A stretch of 64,000 bases of DNA from Candidatus Pollutiaquabacter aromativorans (GTDB taxonomy: Bacteria; Bacteroidota; Bacteroidia; AKYH767-A; 2013-40CM-41-45), in contig CP185379.1 of assembly GCA_049177215.1 (NCBI GenBank), positions 352,957-416,956 on the forward strand. The letters run 5' to 3'. The position numbers and the translations under genes were made by a program. A model generated the notes under the pieces. The model was not told where the DNA came from, made no database searches, and saw only the letters and a program-made list of their open reading frames with translations. Positions within the stretch are counted from its first letter, which is position 1. Each line of letters begins with the position of its first letter. This document shows positions 50,401 through 61,148 of this stretch, piece by piece.

Positions 50401-50992
50401 TCTCGAACAACAGGTCGTTGACCCGGTTGAGGTCGCCTTCGGTATCCTCGAGTTTCTGGAAGGTCTGCTTCTTACGGATCTTGTACTTCGAGATGCCGGC
50501 AGCTTCCTCGAGGAGATTCTTGATCGCGTTATTCTTATCGTTGAGGATCTCGTCGACCATCTTCAATTCGATGATGGCGTAGGAGTCCGAACCGATACCC
50601 GTGTCCAGGAAAAGTTCGGTAATGTCCTTGAGACGACACGTAACCCCGTTGAGCAGGTATTCGCTTTCGCCTTCGCGGTAATAGCGGCGGGATATCGTGA
50701 CGGTGGAATACTCCGTCGGGAGGATATTCTTGGTGTTTTCAAATGTCAGGGAGACTTCGGCGACGTTCGCGGCTTTCCGGCTCTTGGTGCCGTTGAAAAT
50801 GATGTTCTCCATCTTTTCAGAGCGCAGCATCCGCGTCTTCTGCTCGCCCAGTACCCAACGGATGGCATCCACCACGTTGGATTTGCCGCTACCGTTGGGA
50901 CCTACGATCGAAGTGACCCCCTTGTCGAAGTGGATGGTCACCTTCTCGCCGAAACTCTTAAATCCCTTGATTTCTAGTGTTGTAAGACGCAT
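47429..50992 (-). CDS. smc: chromosome segregation protein SMC
   Basis: 1187 aa. The N-terminal Walker A region is '[44 protein letters not shown]'. Long coiled-coil and hinge regions follow. The C-terminal signature/Walker B region is '[39 protein letters not shown]'. Confidence 0.92.
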   Translation of the reverse strand: [1187 protein letters not shown]

Positions 50993-51336
50993 AAAGTGTG
51001 TGTCGAGTCGTGAACTGGCAAAAATAAGCCATTTGATGGGGCTTCAGAAGGATTTGTTAATAACTCTTGACCCTGTGATGACGGGGTAATTCATGTGCGG
51101 TAAATAAGCTGACGAGCGGTTGACAGAATTCGAAAAACGTCGCCTTTTCTTTGGGTGGAAGAAAGTGAGTGGCTTTAACAATTACACGGAAGTATTTTCT
51201 GCCGGAATAATTGCTAACCCACTCAGCATGAAGGTCGTCATCGAATGTCGGAAAAATGCGTTGTTTTTGGTTTTAACTATTCAATTCATACATTTACCGC
51301 CCACGAAAATTAACTACCTGCTAACAAATCCATCCT

Positions 51337-54300
51337 ATGGGACGAAAGCTATACGTACTCCTTCTATTGCTCCTTTGCCTCTGCGGCGTCAGCTATGCGC
51401 AGACCGGTGAGATCCGTGGTCGTGTCACGGAAAAAGGCGGAGCCGAAGGAGTTCCGTTCGCCAGCGTGGCTGCCATGCTCAACGGTGTTCAGGTCCAGGC
51501 GACACTGACGGATTTTGACGGTAACTATGTCATCAAGCCGTTGAACCCTGCGAAGTACGATGTCAAGGTGACCTGTGTCGGTTACACGGCCAAAGAAACG
51601 CGAGGCGTTCTCGTCACGACCGATAAGGCCGCTTTCGTTTCTTTTGAAATGACGAAGGGTGTGGAGTTGAAAGCAGTTGAGATCACGGAATATACCGTTC
51701 CGCTGATTGATAAGGGTTCGCCTTCGACCAAGAAGACCGTTACCTATGAAGAAATTCAGGCGGCTCCGACACGCGACGTCAACTCGCTTGCCTCTACAAC
51801 CGCCGGTGTGTATCAAAAGGACGAAGGTGGAGCGCTGAACATCCGCGGTTCGCGTGATGATGCAACCACGTACTTTGTCGACGGTGTGCGCGTTCGTGGC
51901 GGTACCGGTCTTCCCCAGCGTGGTATCGAACAGATCACGGTAACGACCGGTGGTTTGGAAGCCCAATACGGTGACGTTACCGGTGGTGTGATCGCGATCA
52001 CTACCCGCGGTGCTTCTCCGGTTTACAGCGGCGGATTGGAATTCGTGACTTCCGAGTTCCTCGATTCGTATGGCTATCGCCTTGCCACCGGTTCGGTATC
52101 CGGACCGATTTATACCAAGCGCGACTCAGCAGGCAAGAAGTTCGGACAACCGTTGGCAGGATTCTTCCTGGCGGCCGAATATCAATACGACAAGGATCCT
52201 TCGCCTTCTTCCATTCCGATCTATCAGGTGAAGGACGATATCCTGGAAAGTGCGAAGTCGAGCCCGTTGGTGCGTGACCCGAGTGGTTTCACGTATATCC
52301 ACCGTTCACACTACTGGACCTACGACAGTTTGGATAAGGTGAAAGCCCGTCCGAACGTTTCGGCGGATGCGTATCGTTTCAATGGTCGTTTGGATCTTCA
52401 ACCCGCCAAGAACGTTACGGTCGCTTTCGGTGGTTCCTATGAGAGGTCCAAGAGTCGTGATTTCATCGACATCTATTCGCTGATGAACTATGACAACAAC
52501 CCACAGACCATCAATACCAATTGGCGCGCCTGGGGTCGTATTACACAACGATTCGTTCCTGAGACCAAAGAAGGTGCTTCGTCCGCACTCAAGAGTGCTT
52601 ACTATTCCATTCAGGCGGACTATTCGAAAAACCTTTCGACCAGCCAGGATTACCGTCTGAAGGACGACATTTTCCGGTATGGACACGTAGGTAAATTCAC
52701 CACTTACAGCGTTCCATTCTACCTCGGCGAAGCGATCACCCGCCCGGGCCAGTCGGATAGCATTGTATTTACCCAGATCGCCAACTTCGATACGCTCTAC
52801 GACTACCAGGCGAGCAACGACAACCCGGACATTTCTGCCTACACGACCCAGTATTACGATCTGACCGATCCGCTCGGCACACCGGGTTATCAGGATTCTT
52901 ATGGTACGCTGCTCGTCCGCGGCGCGCTGGTGAATGGTGATAACCGGAACCCGCTCAACGTCTATGGACTTTGGGCTACCACCGGTCGTCTCCGTAACTT
53001 CTACGGCGTGACCGATAACACGCAGTTCCGCCTCACGGCACGCGGCTCCGTCGATATCAAGAACCATAACATCGTCGCCGGTATCGAATACGAACAGCGC
53101 GCTGACCGCGGCTGGTCGGTCAATCCGAGCAACCTCTGGTCGCTGATGCGCCAGTTGGCCAATGGTCGCTTCACCGGATTTGACACAACAACTGCTGTTA
53201 TCACGTCCACAACATCGGGCGGTACTCCAATTACCTTTATTACTTATCCGAACGCTAACTATAGCCCAACTACCAATCTGGATGGACAAGTCGCTCCTGG
53301 TTTTTTTGAAAAGGTTCGGGATCACCTGGGAATAGCTTATACGGATACCATTCAAATTGACGCCCTTGACCCTTCCCAGTTATCGCTGGACCTTTTCAGT
53401 CCGGATGAGTTGCTTGATTTCGGATTCGTCAACTACTATGGCTATACGTATACCGGTGAAAAACTCACCGGGCAGCCTGCGTATGAAGATTACTTTATCA
53501 AGAAAGACAGCAAGAACAACTACCTGCGCGAGGTCGATGCATTCCGGCCGAATTATGTTGCCGGTTACATCCAAGATCGATTCACGTTTAAGGATATTAC
53601 TTTCAACGTTGGTTTGCGTGTGGATCGTTTCGATGCAAACCAAAAGGTGCTTCGGGATAAGTATCTGCTGTACCCGACTTACACGGCCGGTGACCCGGCG
53701 GTGCTGGATAAAATCCCCAATGCGGTTATCCCCAGCAATATCGGGTCCGACTTTGCAGTGTACGTAAACAACGTTCAGAATCCAACAGCTATTGTCGGTT
53801 TTCGTGATGGTGACCAATGGTATAATGCCGAAGGGACTCCGATAACCGATCTTTCTCCCTTGCTTGATAATGGAACCGGAGGAAGCGGAATTCAGCCTTT
53901 CGTCAAGAACTATTCTGACGTACAACAAAGCATTTTCCGACCTGAAGTGTTTACTGACTATTCTCCTCAGATTAACCTAATGCCGCGTATCGCGTTTTCA
54001 TTCCCGATTTCAGACGAGGCGATTCTGCGTGCGCATTACGATGTATTGACGCAGCGACCCCAGAATAGTGCGCTTCTTCGCTTGAATCCGGGTAGTTATG
54101 GCTCACTGGCACGTGGTATTTCCGGTACTATCTCCAATCCGGATCTGAAACCGGAGCGTACAGTCGAGTACGAAGTGACCTTCGAGCAACGATTAAGCAG
54201 AAGCTCTGCACTCTCCATCGCCGCCTTCTATCGTGAATTGCGTGAATCAGATCCAGATCATCAACGTTCAGTACGCTTACCCGATCACGTATTCGACCTA

Positions 54301-55060
54301 CGGCAACATCGACTTTGGAACGGTCAAAGGCCTTTCCTTCGCGTATGACCTGCGCCGTACGAATAACGTCCGCATGAACTTCAGCTACACCCTGCAGTTC
54401 GCGGATGGTACCGGTTCGAGCCCCTTCACTTCCGCCGGCGTGTTGGCGCAGCAGGGACAGACCAACCTGCGTCAGCCCCAACCTTTGAGCTTCGATCAAC
54501 GCCATACCTTCGTCGCGACCTTTGACTACCACTATGGACGAGGAAAAGATTACAATGGTCCGGTGATGTGGGGACGTCAGGTGCTTGCCGAAGCTGGGCT
54601 GAACCTGATCCTGCGTGCAGGTTCCGGTACTCCTTATTCACGTCAGTCCAACATCACGCCGACTGCTGATTTCACCTCAACGGCCAACTCCCGATCGGTG
54701 CTGACCGGCTCGATCAACGGTTCCCGTTTGCCCTGGCAGTTCCGTATTGACGCCCGCGTAGACAAGAACTTCGAGATCAAGATGGGTAAGAAGCAGGATG
54801 GGGAAGCCCGCAACCCGGTGGCCGCCAACATCTATTTACTCGTACAGAACGTGCTCGATGCGCAGAATATCCTGGGCGTTTACGCCGCTACCGGCGATCC
54901 CGCCGACGATGGTTATCTCAGCTCACCCGGCGCGCAAGCCTTCATCGATGCAAAAGTCAACCCGCAGTCCTATATCGACTTGTATGAGATTGCCCAGAAC
55001 AATCCGGGGAATTATCAGTTACCACGTCGTATCCGCCTGGGTCTTCAGTTGAACTTCTGA
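51337..55060 (+). pseudogene. TonB-dependent-receptor-like outer-membrane protein with an N-terminal carboxypeptidase-regulatory-like domain, interrupted by one apparent frameshift near 54235-54250
   Basis: ORF 51337..54348 has the signal peptide 'LLLLLLCLCGVSYAQ', a CarbopepD_reg-like beta-sandwich ('GEIRGRVTEKGG...DGNYVIKPLNPAKYDVKV') and a plug-like region ('ALNIRGSRDDATTYFVDGVRV'). ORF 54233..55060 in the next frame supplies the barrel C-terminus ending 'RIRLGLQLNF'. Confidence 0.65.
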
Positions 55061-55100
55061 TCATAATTATTCCATTCGTTAACAATCCATCCGCGATAGC

Positions 55101-58100
55101 ATGATGAACAAGTTTGTCAAAACCACGCTCATTCTCCTGGCTGTAGCTTTCAGCGCACAGGCCCGGCAGAATGTTGGTCAGACGAGCACGAGCAACGGGA
55201 GTGGGGGATCGGGTTCCGGCCGGATCTTCGCCGGCTGTACCCCGTCCAAGTCCCGTGCAGACCTCGATATCAACAACGTCCGTACGCCCATCTGGATCAA
55301 CGGCGATATGTGGTGGGACCTCGTCGGTAATGCCGAGTACGAAGTGCCGAAAGGTTCAGGAAAGAACTCCCTGTTCGCCGGTGCCATCTGGATCGGCGGT
55401 AAGGACGCTGCCGGTAACCTGAAGGTTGCGGCCCAAACCTACCGTCAGTCGGGTTCGGACTTCTGGCCCGGACCGGTGGATACCCGTGATGCTACCATTA
55501 CTGCGGACGTTTGTTCGCAGTATGACAAGCACTGGAAGATCACCAAGGCGGAGGTTAAGGACTTCAAGGACTACTACGACCTCAACGGAACCGCTGCAGG
55601 ATATCCGGTTTCGGATGTGATCAAAACCTGGCCTGGTAACGGTGACCCTTCGAAAGGGCAGGATCAGTTCCTCGCTCCGTTCGTGGACCGCGATAACGAT
55701 GGATTCTACAACTGGGAGGCGGGTGATTACCCGAAGTATGACTATTCCTCGACACCGGATTGCTCGGATCGTAACGTCCTATTGGGCGATCAGACCATCT
55801 GGTGGGTGTTCAATGACGTTGGAAACATCCACACCGAAACTGAATCACAGTTTGCGGTCGGACTGGAAATTCGCGGACAGGCGTTCGCCTTCTCGACGAC
55901 CAACGAGATCAACAACATGACCTTCTATCGTTACCAGATCATCAACCGGTCTTCCTCCTCGCTGAACGAAACGTATTTCGGCGCGTGGGTGGATCCGGAT
56001 CTGGGCAACTATGTGGACGACTACGTCGGTTGTGACGTCACCCGTGGTTTCGGTTATTGCTACAACGGCGACGCGGACGACGACGGTGCGTTGGGTTATG
56101 GTGCCAATCCTCCCGCGATCGGTATGGACTTCTTCGAAGGTCCGGTGGCCGATCCAACAGACGGTATTGACAACGACCGTGACTCCCTGATCGATGCTGC
56201 CGATACCAACCAGATCGGCGGTGAGCAGATCATCATGTCGAAGTTTCGTTTATTATAACAACGACGGATCCAACATCGGTAACCCGAACAACGCGCAACA
56301 GTACTACAACTACCTGCGCGGAATCTGGAAGGACGGCTCTCCGCTGGTTTACGGCGGAAACGGTTATCAGACTTCCGGTGCTGACTCTTGTGATTTCATG
56401 TTCCCGGGCGATACCGATCCGAACGGCTGGGGTACCAACGGCACTCCGCTGAGTCAGTTGTTCCCCTGGTCGGAAACCGAACCGACTCCGGGCGGTACAC
56501 CGAACCAGCCGGATGACCGTCGTTTCCTCCAGTCTGCCGGTGCATTCACCCTGCAACCGGGTGCCGTCAATTACATCACGACCGGTGCTGTTTGGGCCCG
56601 CGCTTCTTCCGGTGGCCCCCTGGCATCCGTGAAACTGCTGCGCATCACCGACAACACCGCTCAGGACCTGTTCAACAACTGCTTTAAAGTGTTGGATGGT
56701 CCGGATGCGCCGAACCTGGTGATCCGGGAATTGGATCGTGAAGTGATCTTCTCGATTGTCAACCCAACCTCCTCCAACAACTACCGTGAACTGTATGCGG
56801 AAGTGGACAAGAAAGCCATTGACAATGGTTTCACAGGCTCCCAGTTCACCTTCGAAGGCTATAAGATCTTCCAACTGAAGGATGCATCGCCGTATCGGTG
56901 ACCGACCTCACGGATGCCGACAAAGCCAGACTCGTATTCCAGTGCGACATCAAGAATGGTGTAAGCCGGATCGTCAACCAATACCTGCAAGCTGAAACGA
57001 CCACCTTCCTTCCGGTCGTTGAGGTGGAAGGAGCGGATGAGGGCTTGAAGCATTCGTTCCGCCTTACCACGGATGCATTCGCCACCGGTGACCCGAACAT
57101 GGTCAATCATAAGACGTACTACTTCATGGCGATTGCGTACGGCTATAACAAGGACCAGGAAGTATTCGATCCTTACGAAAGCGCACTCGGTAAACCCTAT
57201 CTCCAGGGACGTCGTGGCGCTGATGGTGGTCCGGTGAAGATCTTCACCGCCATCCCGCACATCCCGGCTCCGGAAGCGCAGGGCCTTGTGCTCAACACCT
57301 CCTATGGTGATGGCCCGGAGATCCAGCGTATCAACGGTGTCGGTAATGGTTACAACCTGCAGTCGGATCGACTGACGATGGACCTCAAGCAAGACCAGAT
57401 CGATAACATCATCTTCAATGCTTCCAACCCGCAGGTGGCTATTCCGGCTCCGGTCTACCAGCGTGCACGCGGACCGGTCGATATCCGGATCTATGACCCG
57501 GTCAAGGTTGCTCCCGGTGAGTATGTCCTGTTCCTTCAGGATACGGTTACCGCTACCGGAAAATGGAAACTGCGTAATGTGACCACTGGCCAAGAGTATG
57601 AATCAGAGAAGACACTCGAGTTCCCCTACGACCAGTTGTTCCCCGACTATGGCTTCTACATCAGCATGAACCAGGTCAAGTCGCCCGGCGAAACGCCGAC
57701 CGACGGAAACGGTTTTGCGGAGGGAACGATTTCCTATTCGGACGCGAACAGCCGTTGGTTGTCGTTCGCTCAGGACATCGATAACTTCACCGCATTGAAC
57801 TGGATCCGTGCCGGCAATACGGATGGTGTGGATCTGACCGCGCAAGGTGAGTTCATCGACGGTGCCGGTTTCTTTGAAAAAGTACTGAACGGCTCCTGGG
57901 CTCCTTATCGTTTGACGAATACGGACGTTTCCGGCGGTGCGATCGCTCCGGCTCCCGGATACAGCACCAGTGCTGCGCGTAACCAGGCTCAACTGAAGTA
58001 TCTGCCGGGCGTTGACATCGTCTTCACTCCGGACAAGAGCAAGTGGAGCCGTTGCGTGGTATTCGAAATGCAGGGCGACCGCAATAAATCGGAAGGCCGT

Positions 58101-59096
58101 CAGTACAAGAACCTGATTCGCAAGCATCCTTCGCTCAATCTCGACGGAACCTACAGCACGACCGATTCCGGTTTCTCCTGGTTCCCCGGTTATGCCATCA
58201 ATGTGGAAACCGGCGAGCGGTTGAATATCGCCTTCGGAGAAGATTCCTACCTCAATCCGGATAGCGGATATGCCGGCCAGACGGGCGCGGACATGAAGTT
58301 CAATCCGACGACCACCCTGGTCAACGACAGCCTGGAAGTCATCGCCGGTGGCCGTCACGTAGTGTATGTCTTCGGCCATACCGATGTGGAACTGCCGGAC
58401 GGTGTTACCGGTAACGACTCGATTTACAAGAGCCCGGCCTATGATGGTTGCCAGTACATCTATGATCTGCTGTGGCCGATCACGACGCAGCCGCTGGCTA
58501 CTCCGGGTCGTCCCTTCCCGAAAGCCTGGGCTGATTGCCAGTGGGTGGGCATTCCGATGGCTGCGCCGGGCGCTACCTGGCTCGCCAATACGGCAAAAAT
58601 CAGACTTCGTGTTGCACGTCCTTACCGTCAGGTTGAGTTTGATTCTAATGTCACTGAAAACAACTTCTTCCCTTACTACAAGTTCAATACGAACGACTTG
58701 GTCAGTAAGGTGAATCAAAATGATGTTGCCAAGAATGCTCTGGATTTGGTGAGTGTAGTGCCAAACCCCTATTATGCATACTCCATGTACGAGAAGAATC
58801 AGTTGGATAATCGAATCAAGATCACCAACCTGCCTTCTCGCTGTACCATTTCGATCTTCACCCCGTCGGGTACCCTCGTCCGGAAATTTAACCGCAATGT
58901 TTCAGCGGATAATACATCCGGTGCTGTCTATCCCAATCTGAACCTTGATACATCGCTGGAGTGGGATCTCAAGAACACGAAAGGAATACCTGTTGCGAGC
59001 GGTATGTACATCATTCATGTTGATGCACCTGGAATTGGAGAACGTACTGTGAAATGGTTCGGCGTAATGCGCCCGCTTGATCTTGATACCTTCTGA
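55101..59096 (+). pseudogene. porU: T9SS C-terminal signal peptidase PorU candidate (~1330 aa), read as three ORFs because of two apparent frameshifts (~56235 and ~56885)
   Basis: Signal peptide 'LILLAVAFSAQA'. ORFs 55101..56258, 56194..56901 and 56898..59096 are contiguous in successive frames. The C-terminus has a CTD-like fold signature ('VVPNPYYAYS...CTISIFTPSGTLVRKF...GMYIIHVDAPGIGERTVKWFGV'). The assignment rests mainly on size, this CTD-like end and the position immediately upstream of porV. I did not verify a C25 catalytic dyad. Confidence 0.55.
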
Positions 59097-59134
59097 CCCC
59101 ACTTCACACGCACCGACACAGAAAAACACGCACT

Positions 59135-60197
59135 ATGAAAACTCGCTATATCGGATCGTTCCTTCGCGTCGCGCTGGCTGCTCTCTTGCTTCCGGCAGGC
59201 GTGCAGGCGGGTAACCCCGACCGTGCCGGCCAGGCTGGGGCCTCTGAGCTCCTGATCAATCCCTGGGCACGCTCGAATGGATGGGGCGGAGCCAACTCAG
59301 GCTCCATCCGCGGCTTGGAAGCACAGTTTCTCAACGTTGCAGGAACCGCGTTCACCAAGAAGACGGAAGCCATCTTTGCCCATACCATGTACCTGGAGGG
59401 AAGTGGAATGGCGCTGAATGCGTTTGGCATCACGCAAAAAGCAGGCGAAGCCGGCGTCATCGGATTGTCCGTCGTTTCGTTTGATTTCGGCGATATTCCG
59501 GTTACGACGACCGAACAACCGGAAGGAAATATCGGTAACTACCGACCCGCAGTATATCAACATCGGGCTTTCGTATGCAAAGGTATTCTCCAACTCGATC
59601 TACGGTGGCTTCAACCTGAAGATCATCAACGAGAACATCGCCAACGTCAGCGCAAGAGGAGTCGCAGTTGATGCCGGTATCCAATATGTAACCGGTACCA
59701 ACGAAGACCGCGACAACATTAAGTTCGGTATCGCCCTGAAGAATGTCGGTACACCGATGAAATTCGGCGGCGACGGTCTTTCCGTTCGCCTGACAGCCCC
59801 GTCCGGCGCCTACCAGTACACGGTCGAGCAGCGCACACAAGGATTCGAGATCCCTTCGCTCCTGAATATTGGCGCGAGCTATGATTTCAGCCTCGCAAAA
59901 GATCATCGCCTTACCGCTGCCGCTAACTTCACCTCCAACTCTTTCACGCGTGACCAGATCGCCGGTGGACTTGAATATGCCTTCCGCGAGATGTTCATGA
60001 TTCGCGGTGGTTTTGTTTACGAAGACGGCATCACCTCCGACGACGATCGTACCACTGTTTACACCGGTCCTTGTGCTGGTGTGACGGTGGATGTGCCGAT
60101 GGGAAAGTCGGGTAAGAAGTTCGGTATCGACTACGCGTTCCGGGCTACCAACCCCTTCAACGGGGTGCATACCTTCGGCTTGCGTTTTACGCTCTAA
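59135..60197 (+). pseudogene. porV: T9SS outer-membrane shuttle protein PorV (LptO/PG27 family, FadL-like barrel), with one apparent frameshift near 59525-59535
   Basis: Signal peptide, then 'AGQAGASELLINPWARSNGWGGANSGSIRG'. The barrel continues in ORF 59418..60197 ('TTDPQYINIGLSYAKVFSN...GVHTFGLRFTL'). Confidence 0.65.
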
Positions 60198-60220
60198 AAA
60201 ACCGTATATTTGCATAATCG

Positions 60221-60258
60221 GACAAGACCCCGCACCAGCGGGGTCTTGTTCTGCTTTA
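60221..60258 (+). terminator. intrinsic terminator after porV
   Basis: 'acaagaccccgc'(60222-60233), loop 'acca', 'gcggggtcttgt'(60238-60249), then 'tctgcttt'. Confidence 0.6.
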
Positions 60259-60279
60259 AATGCCTTAATAGATTCTGTT

Positions 60280-60753
60280 ATGTCATCCGTACAATATTTC
60301 ACACCCGACGGCCTGAAGAAACTACAGGAAGAGCTGCACCAGCTCAGGAACGTCGAACGCCCCCGCATTTCCCAGCAGATCGCCGAAGCACGCGAAAAGG
60401 GAGATCTTTCCGAAAACGCGGAGTATGATGCTGCCAAAGACGCGCAGGGACTTTTGGAACTACGCATTTCCAAACTGGAAGAAGTGATCGCCAGCGCGCG
60501 CCTGCTGGACGACAGCAAGCTGGATACTTCCAAGGTCATGGTATTGACCAAAGTGCGGATCAAGAACCGGAAGACCGGTCAGGAACTCACCTATACGCTG
60601 GTTGCGGAAAATGAGGCGGACCTTAAGGCCGGGAAGATATCCGTCACGTCTCCGATCGGCAAAGGCTTGTTGGGTAAGAAGATCGGCGACACGGCCCAGA
60701 TCGAAGTCCCTTCCGGCAAGATGGAGTTTGAAGTACTCGAGATCTCCCGCTAA
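60280..60753 (+). CDS. greA: transcription elongation factor GreA
   Basis: 157 aa from 'MSSVQYFTPDGLKKLQEELHQLR'. The N-terminal coiled-coil has the conserved acidic tip. The C-terminal FKBP-like domain is 'ITYTLVAENEADLKAGKISVTSPIGKGLLGKKIGD'. The longer upstream extension of the ORF overlaps the terminator and is unlikely to be translated. Confidence 0.85.
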   Translation: MSSVQYFTPDGLKKLQEELHQLRNVERPRISQQIAEAREKGDLSENAEYDAAKDAQGLLELRISKLEEVIASARLLDDSKLDTSKVMVLTKVRIKNRKTGQELTYTLVAENEADLKAGKISVTSPIGKGLLGKKIGDTAQIEVPSGKMEFEVLEISR

Positions 60754-61148
60754 TGGCATCCATTTTCACCCGCATTGTCAACGGCGAAATACCTTGCTAC
60801 AAGGTAGCGGAGGATGATCGTTTCCTGGCTTTTCTGGACATCAATCCGTTGGTGAAAGGGCATACCCTGGTCATTCCGAAACAGGAGACCGATTACATTT
60901 TCGATATACAATCGGAAGAGTACACCGCCCTCTGGGCCTTTGCGCAGCGCGTCGCCAAAGCGGTCGGCGCCGCTGTGCCCTGCAAGCGGGTCGGCATTGC
61001 TGTGATCGGCCTGGAAGTGCCGCACGCGCACATTCACCTCATTCCGATGGAGCGGGTTTCAGACATGAACTTCGCGAACCCGAAAATCAGTCTGCCTCCC
61101 GCTGTCATGGAGGAGACCGCCGCTGCCATCCGGAAAAAGATCATTTAG
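60753..61148 (+). CDS. HIT-family (histidine triad) hydrolase
   Basis: 131 aa. It has 'DINPLVKGHTLVIPK' and the histidine triad 'HAHIHLIP'. Confidence 0.8.
   Translation: MASIFTRIVNGEIPCYKVAEDDRFLAFLDINPLVKGHTLVIPKQETDYIFDIQSEEYTALWAFAQRVAKAVGAAVPCKRVGIAVIGLEVPHAHIHLIPMERVSDMNFANPKISLPPAVMEETAAAIRKKII

Noticed and set aside
47381-50977. Several plus-strand ORFs of 155-406 aa inside the smc locus
   Set aside because: They are antisense to a 1187-aa SMC gene with intact Walker A, signature and Walker B motifs, and their translations are low-complexity.
60091-60279. The 63-codon N-terminal extension of the greA ORF (start at 60091)
   Set aside because: The extension overlaps the porV terminator hairpin and the porV 3' end. 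GreA-family proteins begin at the conserved 'MSS..YFT' equivalent, so the start at 60280 is far more plausible.
52306-60563. Minus-strand ORFs of 349, 371 and 353 aa (52306-53355, 57603-58718, 59502-60563)
   Set aside because: They are antisense to the TBDR-like, porU and porV frames, which carry family-typical sequence features.
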